32,000 bases of DNA from Blochmannia endosymbiont of Camponotus modoc (lineage in GTDB: Bacteria; Pseudomonadota; Gammaproteobacteria; Enterobacterales; Enterobacteriaceae). The translations under genes and the position numbers were made by a program. Location: positions 300,001 through 332,000 of the forward strand of contig NZ_CP097765.1 of the NCBI RefSeq assembly GCF_023585785.1. The letters run 5' to 3'. This document shows positions 30,716 to 32,000 of this stretch, piece after piece (the first letter of the stretch is position 1; each line of letters opens with the position of its first letter). The notes under the pieces were generated by a model. It saw only the letters and a list, made by a program, of their open reading frames with translations, ran no database searches and had not been told where the DNA came from.

Positions 30716-32000
30716 TCAATGATTAAAATGTTTCAGGTTTGCTTTTTTAAGCACAGATTCATATTGACTAGACATCATTAAAGTTTGTATTTGGGCCATA
30801 AAATCCATAATTACCACAACTACAATAAGTAAAGATGTTCCTCCAAAATAGAAAGGAACTTTCATAGCAATTCTCATAAACTCTGGTACTAAACAAATAA
30901 ATGTAACATACATTGCACCAATGAAAGTCAAACGAATCATAATTTTATTAATATATTTTGCAGTTTGTTCTCCCGGTCTAATTCCAGGAACAAATGCTCC
31001 CGATTTTTTTAAATTTTCAGCTGTTTCACGGGGATTAAAAACTAAAGATGTGTAAAAAAAACAAAAAAACATAATAGCTGCCGCATAAAGTAAGATGTAT
31101 AATGGTTGACCTGGTTGTAGATATAAAGAAATAATAGTTAACCATTGCCAATTAGTACTACTTCCGAACCAAGAAATTACAGTACCCGGGAACAAGATGA
31201 CACTAGAAGCAAAAATAGCAGGAATGACACCAGCCATATTTACTTTAAGTGGTAAATGTGTACTTTGAGCAGCATAAACACGACGGCCTTGTTGACGTTG
31301 AGCATAATGTACTAAAATACGACGTTGTCCCCGTTCCATAAATACAACGAAAAAAGTAACACTCAATACCAAGCAAATAATTAAAATTAATATAAAAAAA
31401 TGTAACTCATCTTGTCTCACTTGTTCTATGGTATGCCCTATAGCCAGTGGTAATCCAGCAATTATCCCTGAGAAAATAATAATTGAAACACCATTTCCTA
31501 TACCTCTGCTAGTGATTTGATCACCTAGCCACATTAGAAAAACAGTACCACAAACAAGACTAATAATTGCTATACAATAAAAGGAAAATCCTGGATTAAT
31601 CACTAATCCCGATACATTAGGCAAACTAGTGACAATGCCTACTGATTGTAGTATTCCAAGTATTAAAGTTCCATAACGAATATACTGGTTAATTACTCTC
31701 CTACCACTTTCTCCTTCTTTTTTAATTTCTATTAAAGTAGGGTGTACCGTAGTTAATAGCTGAACAATAATTGAAGCTGAAATATATGGCATAATCCCTA
31801 AACTAAAGATAGAAGCACGACTTAAAGAGCCTCCAGAAAACATATTAAACATTTCGATAATAGTACCGTGTTGTTGTTCAATAATTTGTGCCAAAACAAT
31901 CAAATCTACTCCTGGAATTGGAATAAATGATCCCATGCGAAAAATGATTAAAGCGCCAATTACAAACATAATTCTACGTTTCAAGTCGCCTAACCCGCCT
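30716..32000 (-). CDS. secY: protein translocase subunit SecY (5' end beyond the window)
   Basis: The reading frame stays open to the window edge ([12 protein letters not shown] matches E. coli GGLGELKRRLLF, about residue 14 onward). The ORF-track start 31984 is an internal TTG. About 20 N-terminal codons are missing. Confidence 0.96.
   Translation of the reverse strand, partial: GGLGDLKRRIMFVIGALIIFRMGSFIPIPGVDLIVLAQIIEQQHGTIIEMFNMFSGGSLSRASIFSLGIMPYISASIIVQLLTTVHPTLIEIKKEGESGRRVINQYIRYGTLILGILQSVGIVTSLPNVSGLVINPGFSFYCIAIISLVCGTVFLMWLGDQITSRGIGNGVSIIIFSGIIAGLPLAIGHTIEQVRQDELHFFILILIICLVLSVTFFVVFMERGQRRILVHYAQRQQGRRVYAAQSTHLPLKVNMAGVIPAIFASSVILFPGTVISWFGSSTNWQWLTIISLYLQPGQPLYILLYAAAIMFFCFFYTSLVFNPRETAENLKKSGAFVPGIRPGEQTAKYINKIMIRLTFIGAMYVTFICLVPEFMRIAMKVPFYFGGTSLLIVVVVIMDFMAQIQTLMMSSQYESVLKKANLKHFNH

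Overview
Strongly AT-rich, gene-dense window that looks like a reduced-genome gammaproteobacterial (Enterobacterales-derived) insect endosymbiont. Gene content and order (cyo operon, gmhA, secDF, riboflavin genes) resemble Blochmannia-type symbionts, but the taxon call is inference only. I can support 31 apparently intact protein genes, partial cyoA (left edge) and partial secY (right edge), one tRNA-Thr(CGU) and one stand-alone 5S rRNA. The window is a mosaic of three blocks colinear with E. coli: (i) cyoABCDE-yajR-thiI-ispA-dxs-pgpA-nusB-ribH-ribD-secF-secD-yajC-tgt; (ii) ahpC / thrW-like tRNA-gmhA-dnaQ-rnhA-gloB; (iii) 5S-aroE-tsaC-def-fmt-rplQ-rpoA-rpsD-rpsK-rpsM-rpmJ-secY. All coding capacity is housekeeping. 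I found no mobile element, CRISPR array, toxin/defence locus or other novel multi-gene system. The interesting signals are in the spacers. The 1.5-kb gap upstream of tgt is a recognisable, heavily eroded queA pseudogene. A 20-bp-perfect (23/24) inverted repeat sits just upstream of def. The 5S rRNA gene is unlinked from any 23S/16S. Several other spacers carry weaker possible gene relics (nrdR, proA, xseB) at their ancestral syntenic positions. All comparisons to E. coli proteins are from memory and hand translation and need a real database search.
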